Made by a program: the position numbers and the translations under genes. From contig CALSCO010001233.1 of NCBI GenBank assembly GCA_943704415.1, positions 1-64,000 on the forward strand: 64,000 nt of DNA, read 5' to 3'. Below the pieces are notes generated by a model. That model saw only the letters and a program-made list of their open reading frames with translations. It was not told the origin of the DNA and ran no database searches. Source of the DNA: Parvularia atlantis (taxonomy: Eukaryota). Below are positions 38,701 through 57,100 of the stretch, piece by piece. Position 1 is the stretch's first letter. Each line of letters begins with the position of its first letter.

Positions 38701-39270
38701 CGGCGGCCGTCGATCATCCCGCACGCCCGCAAGTCGCCCGCGTTCAAGGAGAAGGCGATCTGGTTCCAGCAGGTGCGCGCACACACACGCGCGCGCTCGC
38801 CCCCTGCACGCGGTGGCTGACAGATCGCAAGTGCTCGCGCGTGCTCATGCCGAGCGACCGCGAGCCCGGCACAGACCTGCACCTGCAGCGGCGCTTCGGG
38901 CGGTGCATCTCGGCCGGTGCGCGTTTCAGCCAGCTGCACTCGGTGCTGACACAGCGTGCGCGCGCGCGGACAAGGCCCCGAGTCGATGGCGCTCGAGCTC
39001 CTGTGGACGCTGCGCGAGGAGGCGTTTTCGTTCCTGCGCGACCGCGAGCCGATCATTGCCACGAGCGCGCCGCCGGGCGCGGCCGACGATGGCAGCAGGA
39101 GCCCCGTGGCGAACGGGACGGGCAACGGCGACCACGGCACGGCTAAGGCCGAGGCGGACGGCGAGGGCGAGCGTGCGGCGGGGCGCGCGATGCCGGACGT
39201 GCCGGGTGACAAGGCGCCGACGCCCGAACTGCGCGGGCTCGGGACAGCGAACGTGCCAATGGAGGCGTGA
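35099..39270 (+). CDS. HDA1: Class II histone deacetylase, Hda1/Clr3-type, with acidic N-terminus and Arb2-like C-terminal domain
   Basis: [53 protein letters not shown]-terminal PYVD.A....SVI...LYLWDEYI resembles Arb2. Confidence 0.9.
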
Positions 39271-39317
39271 GTGGGGCAGGGCGCAGTCGATATCAAAGCA
39301 GCAGCAGCAAGGGGGGC

Positions 39318-40074
39318 TCACGGCTGCTCCAGCGGCAGCAGCTGCCCGTTGGCGCGCACGGCGTAGTCGACGTACTTGAGCGGGAGCTTGCCGCCGTCGA
39401 GGCCCTCGGTGAGGATGACGCCGTTGGGCGAGCGCAGGAAGACGACGCCGTCGGCCATGGCGCGTGCCGCGTCGACGTAGATGTGCACCTCGGCCGTGCG
39501 GCGCATGCCGCTGATCACGCCCGACGCGCCCGGAAGGCCCGCGGCAAAGTGCATGTGCTGCCGGCCCATGCGCGAGAGATGCCCACTGGCGCGGATGAGG
39601 CCCCAGGCGGCGAAGGTTGTGCCGTGGACGACGACGGGCAGCTCGGCCGGGTCGTCGACGCGCTCGAGCTCGAGCTGCTCCACGTGGAGCGAGTGGCCCT
39701 GGTTGGCCTTGATCCACGCGCGCCCGTCCGGCGCCTCGGTCAGGGTGAAGCGCTGTTTGTCGTTGTCGGCGACGACGTGGCGCACGTCGGCGAGCGTGTA
39801 CTGCCGGAAGCGCGGCAGGCGCAGCACGTCGTCGACCGCGACGAAGCCGTCGGGGCGCATCGGGACGTGCTCGCGCTCGGCGCCGTGCCGTAGCAGGTAC
39901 GACAGCGCCTTGGACAGCTGCACCTTGTGACATCGCGTGCCGTCAGCGCCCAGCAGCAAGCAGCAGCACGCGCACCGTCGCATCGGCCGGCCCGCGCGGC
40001 CCCGGGCGCCCCACGTGACGCGCCGCCGACGCAGCCGCCGCTGCCGACGCAGAGCCGCGCGCCGACGATGCCAT
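39318..40074 (-). CDS. TPT1: tRNA 2'-phosphotransferase (Tpt1/KptA)
   Basis: LSKALSYLLRH, NDKQRF, IKANQGHS, VHGT, SRMGRQHMHF, NGVILT; one intron near the start. Confidence 0.96.
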
Positions 40075-40247
40075 TGCGCAACCTGTATACGTCACGAAAG
40101 CCAGCAAAGTACCGTGACAATCGGACGCGCGGCGTCATCGTACTGTCTGCACCACTTTGCGCGCGCCGCAGTGCCGTCCGCTCACACTGCGCACGCAGCA
40201 GGTGCACCCCGCGTAGCACACACGCGAGCACACACGCGCGACGAACG

Positions 40248-43025
<2,778 letters not shown>

Positions 43026-43086
43026 GCGAGAGCATCTGTTTGTCAACGGTAAAGAGCACATACAACGAGAGCGCGCCACGGCCGGC

Positions 43087-44540
43087 TCACGCTGGCGAGC
43101 TGCCAGCCGCGGCCAGGCGAATGAACGCGACGTAGCGCTCGTGGCTTGCGCGGGCCTCGGCCGGCGGCAACGTGACGACGTAGTCGTGCACCTGCAGCGG
43201 CGCCAGCTCGTACTCGACCGCGCCGTCGCCGTTGGCCGCGCGGTAGCGGCTCACAAAGTCTGCAGCAGGGTGAACGTGAGAGGCTGCAGGGAGGGCGTGC
43301 GCTTGCCGGGGGGGCGCACCGGTGATGTCGTCGACAAAGATCTCCTGCTCGCCCGCAAACACGAGCGCGCGGGGCAGGCCCCGCAGGTCCGCGTCGAGCG
43401 GCGTCATCTGCGGCGCGTCGGGCGACTGGCTGCCCAGGAACTGCTTGGCAGAGTCGCTGAGCCAGGCGACGTCGAGCACATCGACACTGCAACTGTCCGT
43501 TGGGCGTCGTGGTCGCGGGCACGAGCGCGTGCACGCACTCCCTGTTGCGCTCGTACGACGCCGCGGTCGTGCGGAACGTGACCCAGGGCGAAACGAGAAT
43601 GATGCCGGCCGGCAGCGGAATCTTGCGCTCGCGCAGGGCCAGCAGCATCGACATCGTGAGATGGCCGCCGGCGCTGTCGCCGCCTGCGTCGCCGCGGTCA
43701 GCACGGGCGAGACGCGGTCACGGCCTGCGCTGCGCACGCACCAACGACGATGCGCTCGGGCGCGATGTTGAGGTCGCGCGTCAGGTGTAGGTACGTTGCG
43801 ACGGCCTCGTTGAGCTGCACCGGGTACGGCGCGTCGGTCGCGAGCGTGTAGCTGCGCAACGCTACCGTCATCGCACACACGATCAGCGACAAGCGACGTG
43901 CGTACGCACTGTCCAACGAAGATGGCGATTTTGGGGCCGGGCTTGGTGCGGGCGAGGCGCAAGACCGCTTCGAGCGCCTCAAGGTGAACGAGCGGGCTGA
44001 GCGTGACGTACGCGCCGCCTGATCGCTGCTCAGCACGCCACCAGCACCGGGCTCCGCGCGCGCGCACGCACCGTGCCAGAACAGGTGCACGATCGTGTCC
44101 ACTTCGCGGTGATCCGCGAAGCCGATCCAGAAGCCCTTGACGGCGCCACTTTGGTACGGGTTGACGCGCGCGAGCGGCGCCTTTTGGTACGCGATCGTCT
44201 CGGAGATGAGCTCGAGGTCGCGCGCTGCACGTGCGCCACCGCGTGAGCGATGCTGCCGCCGACACCGCAGGCCCGGCCCGACATCACGTGGGATGCGCGT
44301 GAGCGAGTCGCGCTGAACGGCGACCTCGATGAGGCGGCGCAGCGTCCATCCGACGGGCTTGCGGCCGGCGATGTACGTGCGCAGCGCGCGCAGCACGGCG
44401 AGCACTGCGATCCGCACACAATCAGCAGCATGCAGGCATGCAGGCAGCAGCAGCAGGCGGCAGGCGGCCGGCGGCGCACCAACGACGACCGCGGCGATGC
44501 CCCAGCGACGCACGAAGCGGTACAGATGCACGAACGGCAT
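43087..44540 (-). CDS. Alpha/beta hydrolase, HSL family (Say1/steryl-acetate hydrolase-like)
   Basis: [46 protein letters not shown]. Confidence 0.9.
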
Positions 44541-44608
44541 GGCTGGCCCGTCGAATTGCCAACATGGCCGGACGACGGGCCGTGTCACGCTTCTCTCGGG
44601 CGGCGCCG

Positions 44609-47418
<2,810 letters not shown>

Positions 47419-47458
47419 AACGACTAGAGGTGCCTGTGCTGTACGAAAGAGAGCAGTT

Positions 47459-48470
47459 TCACTGCTCGGCGAGCAGCTGCTTGGTGAGCGCGAGCATGCT
47501 CGCGACCTCGTCCGGCCGCGCGACGCTGTGCGCCCGCCAGCGCACGCGCGCCTCGCGGTCGACGAGGTAGACGTGCCCGATCAGCGGGTTCTTCATCAGC
47601 AGCGTGTCGCGGATCGGCTGCGCGTTGCCGAACCTGAGCACGACCTGGGCCTGGCGGGCGCACACGCGTGAGACACAGTGGCTGAGCGGGGCGCAGAAGC
47701 CGCACGTGCTGCTCGGGCGGAATCTGGCGCTGCATGGCGCGCTCGATCATGCCGCGCATGAGCCCAAACAGCCAGCCCTCGACGCCGGTGACCTGCGCGG
47801 CGCCGTCCGTCACACGCCGACCATCGAGCACGGCGCGCTCACGCGCCTCGTACACGCCCACGTCGTGCCGCACGCCGTACTCGGCGCGGAACGGATCCAT
47901 GAAGGTCGCGAGCATGGGCTGCGCGCGGTGCAATCAGCAGGAAGCAGCAGCAGCAGCAGCAGCCGCAGCCGCGTCCACGGCACCCGCGCCGACTGGCGGA
48001 AGCCGAAGCCGACGAGCGACGCGGCGTGCGCGCGGACGAGTGCCGCGACTTCGACGTCGGTGCCGCGCAGGTCGCGGCCGGCAATGGGCGGGAGGGCGAT
48101 GGCGCCGGGCGCGGACGCGAGCGTTGTCGCGGCGACAAACTGCTTGCCCTGGTTGCGCCGCATCTCTGCGCGCGTCCGCGTGAGCCGCACTGCCACGACG
48201 ACGACGGCAGCAGCAGCAGCAGCAGCGGCGGCACGGCGGCGCACCCGCGACGTCGTCAAAGTAGCCGCGGTGCATCTCGTCCTTGCTGCAGCGATGCGCC
48301 GTCGCGAATCAGCAGCAGTACGACGACGACGACGCAGCGGCGCGACGAGCGACGCACAGCGCCTTGATCCGCTGCTGCCGGCGCGTCTCGGCCGCGGCCT
48401 GCGGCTCGCTGGGCGGCGGCGGCGGTGCCGCAGCAGACGCCACGGCGCGGCGAAGCAGCGGACGCAACAT
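47459..48470 (-). CDS. ATP10: Mitochondrial ATP synthase assembly factor ATP10
   Basis: MLR-type presequence, RGYFDD...GKQFVA...L, IRDTLLMKNPLIGHVYLVD..ARVRW.A. Confidence 0.85.
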
Positions 48471-48599
48471 CCGGTCAATATCGGGCCGATTGAGCGCCCG
48501 GCGCAACAAAGGCAACAGAGAGCCGGGTCAGGCGAGGCGAGAGGAGGACAGGAAGGTGTGTGTGTGTGTGTGCGTGGGTGGGGAGCGGGGGGCGGTGCT

Positions 48600-50621
48600 C
48601 TACACGAGGCGCGTCTTGTCGTCCAGGTCCTCAAACTGGCCGTCGTTCAGGCTGTCGAACGTGACGCCGCCCAAGAGCGCCGACGGCGGCGCGCTCGACG
48701 GTGTTGCTGGTGCGGCCGCGAACGACGTCACGGCCGAGAGCGGCGAGGGCACGTTGTTTGTGCCCTCGTACGAGCCGCTGCCGCCGCCCACGCCGGCGCC
48801 GCCGGCCGACGGGAGCGACGAGAGGCTGCCCGACTGCGACATCTGGGGCTGCCCGACGCGCGCGTGTGTGAGCCACACCGCCCGTCGGCCAAACAAGCGC
48901 GTGCCTGCGTGTAGCTTCCCGGCGGCGTGGACCGCGTCCCGTTGAGCATCGTGTTGACGCGCGACCTGTCGGGCGCCCTGCAATCACGCGTGCGTCAGCT
49001 TGACGTGCGTGCGTGTGAGCGGTCGTGCGCACGCACTCGGACAGCGGGATGTTCTCGTGGAAGCCCATCTCAACGTCATCGTCGTCCTCCTGCAGCGTGT
49101 CGTACGTCAGGTCGACGGCCTTGGCGTGGATGATCGTCTGGGCGCGGATGCCGGCAACGATGGCGTCGACTGTGTTCTCGGTCATGTGCTGGAAGCGCGC
49201 CACAAGCGACTCGTCCTGCGGTTGCTGCGTCGTCGAGACGATGAGCGGCGAGTCCTCGGCGTCGTTCGAGCCGCCCAGTAGCGTGTCGGTGTTCTTCTGC
49301 GAGGCGCACACGCGCGATGTCGCGTCAGCACCGCAATAAGCAGCAGTAAAAGGCGCAGCCACGCACTGCGCGCGTGCTGCCGGCGATCGAGCCTGCACGC
49401 TTCCGTGCGCGGCCCTTAGTGATGACGTAGACACCGAAGAACGTGAGCAGGCAGCCGAGGATGAAGATGGAGACCTCGAGCGCCGACATGCCGCTAAACT
49501 CGTCGTACATCACGCCCGACGTCACGATCGCGCCAATGGTGAAGCACACAAACTGCGCCGGGATGACCTCCTGCGGTGCGCGTCTGTGAGCGTGCACATG
49601 TGAGCAGTGCAGTGGGTGACGCACCGTCGAGTCGAAGTTCTGCAGCGCCGCCTGCAGGAAGCGGACTTGCAGCACGGCCGTGACGATGAACATGGTCAGG
49701 ACGACGTAGAAGACCCACTCGGTGAACGAGCCCCAGAAGTCCTTGAAGATGAGCTCGCCCACGGCCTTGATCGACACGACCGTGTAGCCGCCTGCCCACG
49801 CGTTGCGTGAGCGCACTGGTTGCCGCCGTCACGTAGGGTGCCGGCCGCGCGCACCGAGGATGCCAACGAGGGCCATGTTGACGATGAGGTACCTCTGGCT
49901 GTACTTGGACGAGAGGTACCAGAGCACGCCGATGGCGACGATGGAGAAGGCGAGGAAGACGAGGAACTTTGTGCTGCCGAGGGCCTTGATGATGTCGTCC
50001 TTGGTGAGCGGCACCTCGTCCGGTGCGAAGATGACCTGAACGCGGGTGTGTGCGTGAGCGCCAGCCGTGCGACCGCGCGCGCGCCGGGCTCACGATGAGG
50101 ATGGCGCCGCCGATCGAGATGACGATGCCAATCAGGTCCTGCAGGCGGAAGCGCTCCTTGAGCACGAGCGGGGCGACGATGGCGTTGCTGATGAGGGCGA
50201 CGGTGCCGAGGGGCGCCACGACCGAGGCCGGGGCGAAGGCGTACGCGATGAAGTTGCCGAGCTCGCCTGTGCGCGCGCGCGCGGGGGAGTGTCTCTCCGC
50301 GTGAGCAGCGCCCGCGGGGCGTGCTGACGGCGAACGGCGCAGCGCACCGACGATCATCATGGCAAAGCCAATCCACCACGTGCGGCGCAGCAGGTAGTTC
50401 TTCTTGGGCCCACCCGAGACAGCCTCGTTCGTGTTGTGCGAGTGCTTCTGCACGTTGAGGCCGAGACTGATGAGCACGTTGCCGCAGATGGACATGATGA
50501 TGCCGATCGCCGCGCTGCTGCTCAGCCCCTCGCCGCCGCCGCCCGAGCTCTCGCTGCCGGGCGCCTCGGTCGCGTTGGCCGACCCGTTGAGCGCGAGCAG
50601 GACGAGGCCGTGGTCGAGCAT
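48600..50621 (-). CDS. NIPA-family magnesium transporter
   Basis: GNVLISLGLNVQK, WWIGF.MMIVGELGNFIAYAFAPASVVAPLG, GGYTV.SIKA, QVRFLQAALQNFDSTEVIP..FV.FT. Confidence 0.93.
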
Positions 50622-51155
50622 CCTGCGCTTGGACCGCGTGGCGTGGCGCGCGGTCGCGTCAACACCACGCGCGTGAGGTGCGGGCGGGACGCGGCCTCGC
50701 GCACACGTGCGCACACGTGCGCACGCGCTTTCTACAAGGCCCTTCCATGCGACGTGCCACCCGTCACCCGCGCGGCACACGCGGCACGTCGACGCGGGCA
50801 CATCCCGGGCGCGCTTCGAGCACGCAAAAACGGGTTCTACAGTCGCGTCACCGTCCTCCCCCACCTCCTCTCCCTCCCGCGCCGCACACCCACACCGCAC
50901 GTGCACCGCGCGCCGGCGACGGCAGCGACCACGGCGGCAGCAGCGGCGCGGCGCGGCGCGGCGCGGCCGCAGACCGCGGAACACGAGCCGAAAGAGAAGC
51001 GCGGTGCTGTGACGTCTCGCGCGCTGATTGGCCGGTGCAGCGTCCGCCAATCACGCACTCTGGGCCTGCGCTGAACGGGCGCGCCGCAGTTCGGGTTTCG
51101 CGTCACATGACGCACCTGTCACTTTTCATCCCTCATCGGACTTTGCGAACAAACA

Positions 51156-52894
51156 ATGCGCTACGCCGCCGTCTCGGTCGTCGCCGCGCTGCTGCTGGTG
51201 GGCGCGGCCCGCGCGCAGGTCGCGTCGCAGGGTGCGTTTTTCTGGCCACGTCGGCGGCGCGGGATCTGACGCGGAGATCTGCGCGCCAGGCAAGTGGACG
51301 CCGCGCACCGCCCTCAACGCGGCCCAGCGCCTCGACGTGGAGCAGTCGACCTTCCGCCTGCCGAAGCAGGACAACGCCGCGCTGCTCGCCACGGAGGACG
51401 CGAGCCACGGCGGCTACCAGGTGCCGTTTCTTTCGTCTGCTGCGTCCCTCGTCACCTTCACTCACTCACTCGCATGTCGCGCGCAGTTTGGCACGCCGGT
51501 CGACGTCGCCCTGACCCCAAACAACGCCGGCCGCGTGTTCCACTTCGGCGAGGGCAATGTCTGGGTGCTCAAGATCGCCTCGGAGGGCGCGCTCAGCCTC
51601 AGCGTCATCTTTGACAAGTTCCGCCTGCCCGAGGTGCACCTCTCGCGCCCTTGACTTGGCCCTAGCCCTGGCCCTCGCTCAACGAGACACACGCGCGCGC
51701 ACACAGGGCGCCGAGCTGTACGCGTACAACGACGAGACCGTGCTCGGCGCGTTCACGGCCAAGAACAACAAGGTGCGCCGCGCCGCCCATGCCGCGCACC
51801 CGACATGCCCCGCTGCTCACGCGGGCGCGCCCACCGCAGGCCCACGGCAAGTTTTCGATCATGCCGCTCGAGGGCGACTCGATGACGCTCGAGCTGTACG
51901 TGCCTGCGACGTCGGTCGGCGAGGTTGTCCTGTCGATCTGGAAGGTGCCGCGCCCCCAATTTGCGCGCGCCCGGCCGCACATCTCACACCGCCCCGCAAC
52001 ATTTGCGCACAGATCACCCACGGCTACAAGACCCTCGCCTACGGCTCGTCGGGCCGCTGCAACGTCAATGTGGCCTGCGCCGAGGGCGACGCGTGGCGCG
52101 CGCAGATCCGCGGCGCGGCGATGATGCTCACCGCGTTCGGCTCGCGCTACTGCTCGGGCTCGATGATCAACAACGCGCTCAACGACGGCCGCCAGCTCTT
52201 CCTCACGGCCGACCACTGCACGAGCGGCGACATGTACACGGACCGCCTCCTGTTCAACTACCAGTCGCCCACGTGCAGTCCGCAGAGCGACGGCCCAACG
52301 ACCAACTCGGTCAGCGGCCTGCGTACCCTGGCCGAGTACAGCGCGAGCGACTTCAGCCTGTTTGAGGTCGAGGAGGAGATCCCGGCGTCGTACAACGTCT
52401 ACCTCAACGGCTTCTCGGCCGTCAACACCCCGGCCAGGTCGATGGTCGGCATCCACCACCCCTCGGGCGACATCAAGAAGATCTCCTTCGCCAACAAGAC
52501 GGCCGAGGCCGCGCGCTGGAGCGCCGCCGAGCCGGGCCTGTACCACTGGGAGGTGTCGTCGTGGGACCTGGGCACGACCGAGCCGGGCTCGTCGGGCTCG
52601 CCGCTGTTTGACCAGAACCAGCGCATCGTCGGCCAGCTGCACGGCGGTGCGGCAGCCTGCGGCAACTCACTTTACGGTGCGTGCGTGCGGCGCCATTGTC
52701 CGCACTGGCGGCGCACTGTCTGACGCGCCGCCAAAGACTCGTACGGCGCCGTCTGGGCCAGCTGGGACAAGGGAACGCAAAAGCTCCAGCCGCACCTGGA
52801 CCCGCGCAACTCGGGCACGCTCAGCGTCGACGGTATCAACCTGAACGACGCGCGTGCGCGCCGCGACTCACACGGCAAGGTCGTGCCCAAGTGA
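51156..52894 (+). CDS. Secreted trypsin-fold protease of the lysyl endopeptidase (Achromobacter protease I) type
   Basis: Signal peptide, prodomain, SGRCNVNVAC, CSGSMINN, LTADHC, SDFSL, IHHPSGDIKKIS, TEPGSSGSPLF, VGQLHGG. Confidence 0.92.
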
Positions 52895-53128
52895 GGGCCG
52901 CCGTTGCGCCGACTCGGAGCGGGCAGCCCAAAAGTGTGCCTGTGCTGTGCGTCTCGTTGTCGTCCCCCGCCCGCAAACCGCTCTGCGCACGCCGTCTGTG
53001 TCCTGTGTCTCTCCCCCCAATGACATAAATAAGGTCCCTATGGCCAGCTGGTGGCCAAATTCCGGCTTTGACCGCTAAAACACATACATGACATGACGCA
53101 AGGTCAAGTTTGCTCGGAAACGGGAATA

Positions 53129-53188
53129 GGAGCAGCGACGGAGAGCACAGGAGCGGCGACGGAGAGCACAGGAGCAGCGACGGAGAGC
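53129..53188. repeat. 21-bp tandem repeat, about 3 copies, intergenic
   Basis: ggagcagcgacggagagcaca three times, with one internal substitution. Confidence 0.88.
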
Positions 53189-53222
53189 ATTGTTGTAAGG
53201 AGCCACACGCTCGCGGCATGAT

Positions 53223-54014
53223 CTAGGCCTGGTGGAACGCAAAGATCTCGTCGACGAAGCGCTGGTCCTTGCGCGGGTGCATCTGCAGCAAGATCGGGTT
53301 GTTGAGCAGCATGAGCTTGCACGCCGCCTCCTCGGCCTCGTCCTTGCGCGCGCACGCCGGCGAGCGGTACTGGCGGCGCTCGTACACGAGCAGGCCCGCG
53401 ACCATGCCCACGGGCACCTCAGCCTCGACCACGGCCGTGCACTGCAGCGGCACGAAGCTGTCGCAGGCGACGGCCACAAAGTTGCGGTAGACGCGGTTGA
53501 TCGGCGCGTTCTGCTGCAGCAGGTTGATCAGGCTCTTGGCGGTCGAGTTGTCGGCGGGCCGACCGAGCGCGGGCCGCAGCGCGCCGCGCGAGGCGTACAT
53601 CCACGCCGCGAGCCGGCCGATGTAGTTCTGCACCCTCAGCGCGCCGTCCGGCTGCGCGGCGAGGCGGGCCAGGAGTAGGTAGAAGAGCTGCACGGCGCGG
53701 TGCGCGCGCTCCGGCATGGTCTTGTTGACGTGCTCGCTCAGGTGCGGCGAGCCGGCCGTGCCCAGCAGCCACTCGGCCAGGAACATGATCAGGCGCTCGT
53801 CCTTGGCGGCCTTGATGCGCTCGAGCTGCTGCTCGCGGTTGTCGGGGGCGGCGCTGCGGGCGGCGTGCACAGCGCTCAGGTGGAAGATCGCCCGGCCCTC
53901 CTCCGAGTCCAGCTCGTCCTCGGGCCACGTCTTTGCGTCAAACACGCCGTGCAGCGGCTCGAACAGGTCCGTCGGGAGGGCGGTCTGCACCACGTGCTGC
54001 CCTTTGTGGCTCAT
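53223..54014 (-). CDS. Intronless 263-aa protein with a dsRNA-binding-domain-like C-terminus
   Basis: Open frame with GC3-rich codon use; STAKSLINLLQQ...VY...CTAVV...RKDEAEEAACKLML fits the dsRBD alpha1/alpha2 pattern. Confidence 0.7.
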   Translation of the reverse strand: MSHKGQHVVQTALPTDLFEPLHGVFDAKTWPEDELDSEEGRAIFHLSAVHAARSAAPDNREQQLERIKAAKDERLIMFLAEWLLGTAGSPHLSEHVNKTMPERAHRAVQLFYLLLARLAAQPDGALRVQNYIGRLAAWMYASRGALRPALGRPADNSTAKSLINLLQQNAPINRVYRNFVAVACDSFVPLQCTAVVEAEVPVGMVAGLLVYERRQYRSPACARKDEAEEAACKLMLLNNPILLQMHPRKDQRFVDEIFAFHQA

Positions 54015-54144
54015 GGCTCGGCTTCGGTTCGTGCGCGTTCGGTAGATCCCCACCGTCAGAGAAAGTGCAGCAGGCGGCCCCGCAGCTCATGTTTCGCATA
54101 CGGGTTCGGTGACGGCAGCCACGTCTTTTGGCGCGCGCGAGCCC

Positions 54145-57100
54145 ATGCCACCCAAGAAGACAACACGGTGCGCGTCGCTCGCCCCGAGTCGCGTCTCGCT
54201 CACGGCTCACGCGCACGGCGGGCCCCCGTCAGCAACGGCACAAGCGCGCTCTGGACGCAGACGCGCGAGCTGGTCGAGGATGCCGCGCGCCCCGAGAGCA
54301 CCGAGCTGCCGCACGCCGTCGCCCTGCGCGTCGTCGCGCTCTACCGCTGTGCGACCGTTGCCGCCGACCGACATCGCCCATCCGGCTCATCGATCGCACG
54401 CGCCCGCCAGACACCGTCGACCAGGTCTTTGCGCTGGCGACGCGTGAGCCGACGACCGCCGGCGAGGCGTACGACATCGTGCTCGCGGACGAGCGGCACA
54501 AGGCGCGCGCACAGTTGAGATGCGGCGCAGGGCGCTGATCGCGCGCTGCAGATAAAGTGCGTGCTCTCGACCGCGCTCAACGACAGCGTGCGCAAGGGTG
54601 CGGTCCTGCCCGGCGCGCTCGTCGAGGTCCGGCGCTGCGCCATCCGCTGGGACGAGACGGCGATCCCCGCGCGCTGCTTCCTGCTCGTGCAGCACGCCGT
54701 CGTCGTCGTGCCGCAACTGCCACCCGAGGACATTGTGCGCGCGCCGCGCGAGGCCCATCGTCGTGCCGGAGCTCACGCGAAGTGCAGCGCAACGACGTCA
54801 CGTTCTACGACGAGTCGAGCAGGCGCGAGACCGATCTCCTGCCGCTCGCGAGCAGCCGGCGCTTCTACCGCTCGTTCACGAACGACGACGACTTCCTGCT
54901 CGAGGACGAGCGCACGACGCCACAGGTCCTGCCGTCGCCCGAGGCACGTCCGCACGCACGCGTCCGTGTGAATCGCGCGTGGCTGAACCCGCTGCACGCA
55001 GCAACCGCTCGCAACCGACCACATCTCCATCAAGGAGCTCGTGCGGCGCAACGGTGGCGCACCGCTGCTTGGCCTCGTCGCGCGCAAGTCGCGCATAAGC
55101 CACTACGCCAAGCCGGAGGACCACAAGGACCCGTACCCGTTCAAGTTCCACATGGAGATCTGTACGCCGCTGCGTTGTGCCCCCCCCCTTTACGCGTCAG
55201 CCGTTGACGCGCGCGCGCACACACCAGGCGACAACACGGCGTCGATCGAGGTCGTCGTGTGGAACCACTTGGCCATGAAGCTGTTTGCGAGCGTCGAGGT
55301 TGGCCACGTGCTCCTGCTTGACGCGTACAAGATCCGCGTGCGTGGCGAGCGCACGAGTGCGGCAGCACGCGCGACTCACTGCCGCCATCGCGCGCAGCGC
55401 GCGTACGGCAAGCAGGAGGGCGTCGAGGTGCACCTGAACGAGCGCAACCCGGCGGCGGTCGTGCGCCGCGTCCGACGTGCGCCGCTGCGCTTGCTTGCTT
55501 GCCGACGCGGCCGTGTGGCTCACGTCCTGCGACCGCGCAGCTGAGAGCGACTGGCCGCAGACGCCGAACGATCAGCAGGTGTGCACACACCGTTCGACGC
55601 TGGCGCGCCGACACGCCCCGCGTCGCGCTCGCAGAAGTTCCGCCAGCGCTTCGCCGGGCCGCGCGCCCTGCGCCCGCAGCCGGGTCTGCTGCTCAAGGAC
55701 AACTCGATCGTCGACATCGAGGGCTGGATCGTGTACCTGGGGCGGTGCGAGCGCGAGCTGTTGTCGAAGAACAGGTGCGCGCGGCAGGCGCGTGCTGCGC
55801 ACAAACGGGCCGTGACAACGAACGCGCCGTGCAGCCTCAGCTTCATCGAGTACCGCTACGTGCTGCTGCAGAGCGGCCCGATGCGCCTCGTGCTCAAACT
55901 CACGACGTGCTCGCACCCCTTGCTCTTCTACAGGCACGCGCAGGCACACACCGCCGTCTTGCGCGCGTCGCTGACAGGACGCGCAAAACAGCCTCCAGCC
56001 GGGCGACTACCTGCGCTGCGCCAACGTTAAGATCGTCTCGTACACGCTCGACTCGCGCCGGCCGCGCACGGTCATCTACATGACGTGCGTCCCGCGCGCG
56101 CAGGCCTGGCACCGCCCTGACACACCGCCCGCGCAGCACGTTCACGACGCAGCCCTCGCACCTCACGTCGCAGCAGGCCGTGCAGGTACGTCCGCGCCCG
56201 CTGGGCCTGGTGTCTTGGCTGATCTCGCGTGCGGGCAGGAGGGCCTGCACTTTGACGACTACCTGCACAGCGTCCTGTCGCGTGCGTGCGCGCGAGCGCC
56301 TCTGCTGTGTCGCGCTCACGCGATATGCGCAGGCGACGGCTTCTTCCGCCCGCAGGTGCCGCTGCGCTCCTTCCGCGAGCTGACGGACACGACCGGCCTC
56401 GAGCCGACGTACTTCTGGTACGGCGGGCGCGATTGCGCCGCGACAAACGGCGCCTCACGCGCCGCGCACAGGCATATTGTCAGGGAAGTCTCGGCGCTGG
56501 CGCTGTACGAGCGGCGCTCGATCATCGTACAGGGCTTCCTGTCGTCTGTGCACTTTGCGGACCACTTCCACGGCGTGCGGTTCCAGTACGAGGGTGCGCT
56601 TGCCAGCCGCGTGCGCCGTGCGCGGCATCAACCGCTAGCGGGCGGGCGCGCGCAGAGCTGGACAACGACAAGCGCGTCGTCAAGGGCATGTGGCGCCGGC
56701 GCTACGCCGCGCGGCACCTGGTGCAGCTCAAGACCGTGCGCCGGCGTGACGCGCGTGGTGCGCCGATCGACCACCGAGTGGTCGACACCAACGCTGCCGG
56801 GTCGGCGCTGCCCGTGGTGCGTGCTGTGGTGCGCGTCGTACAACGCTGACACGTCTCGTTGGCACACGCAGCTGCAGCAGCGTCGCGCGGCCGCGCTGGC
56901 GCAGGTGCACGCAGCGCTGCGTGCGTGCGTGTCTGCGCGTGTGGCTGAGCCGTGCGTACGTTGCAGCAACGCACCTTTGCGCTGATGAAGCGGTGGCCCG
57001 TGCCGCCGCTCAGCCGTGGGGCGCGCACGAACCGCGGCCGCGCGGGCAAGACGGGCGGGTCGTCGTCCAAAGACCCGAGCGCTGACGGCGTTACGGGTGC

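Noticed and set aside
53129..53188. Short direct repeats as a possible CRISPR array
   Set aside because: Head-to-tail 21-bp units with no spacers, no cas genes, eukaryotic context.
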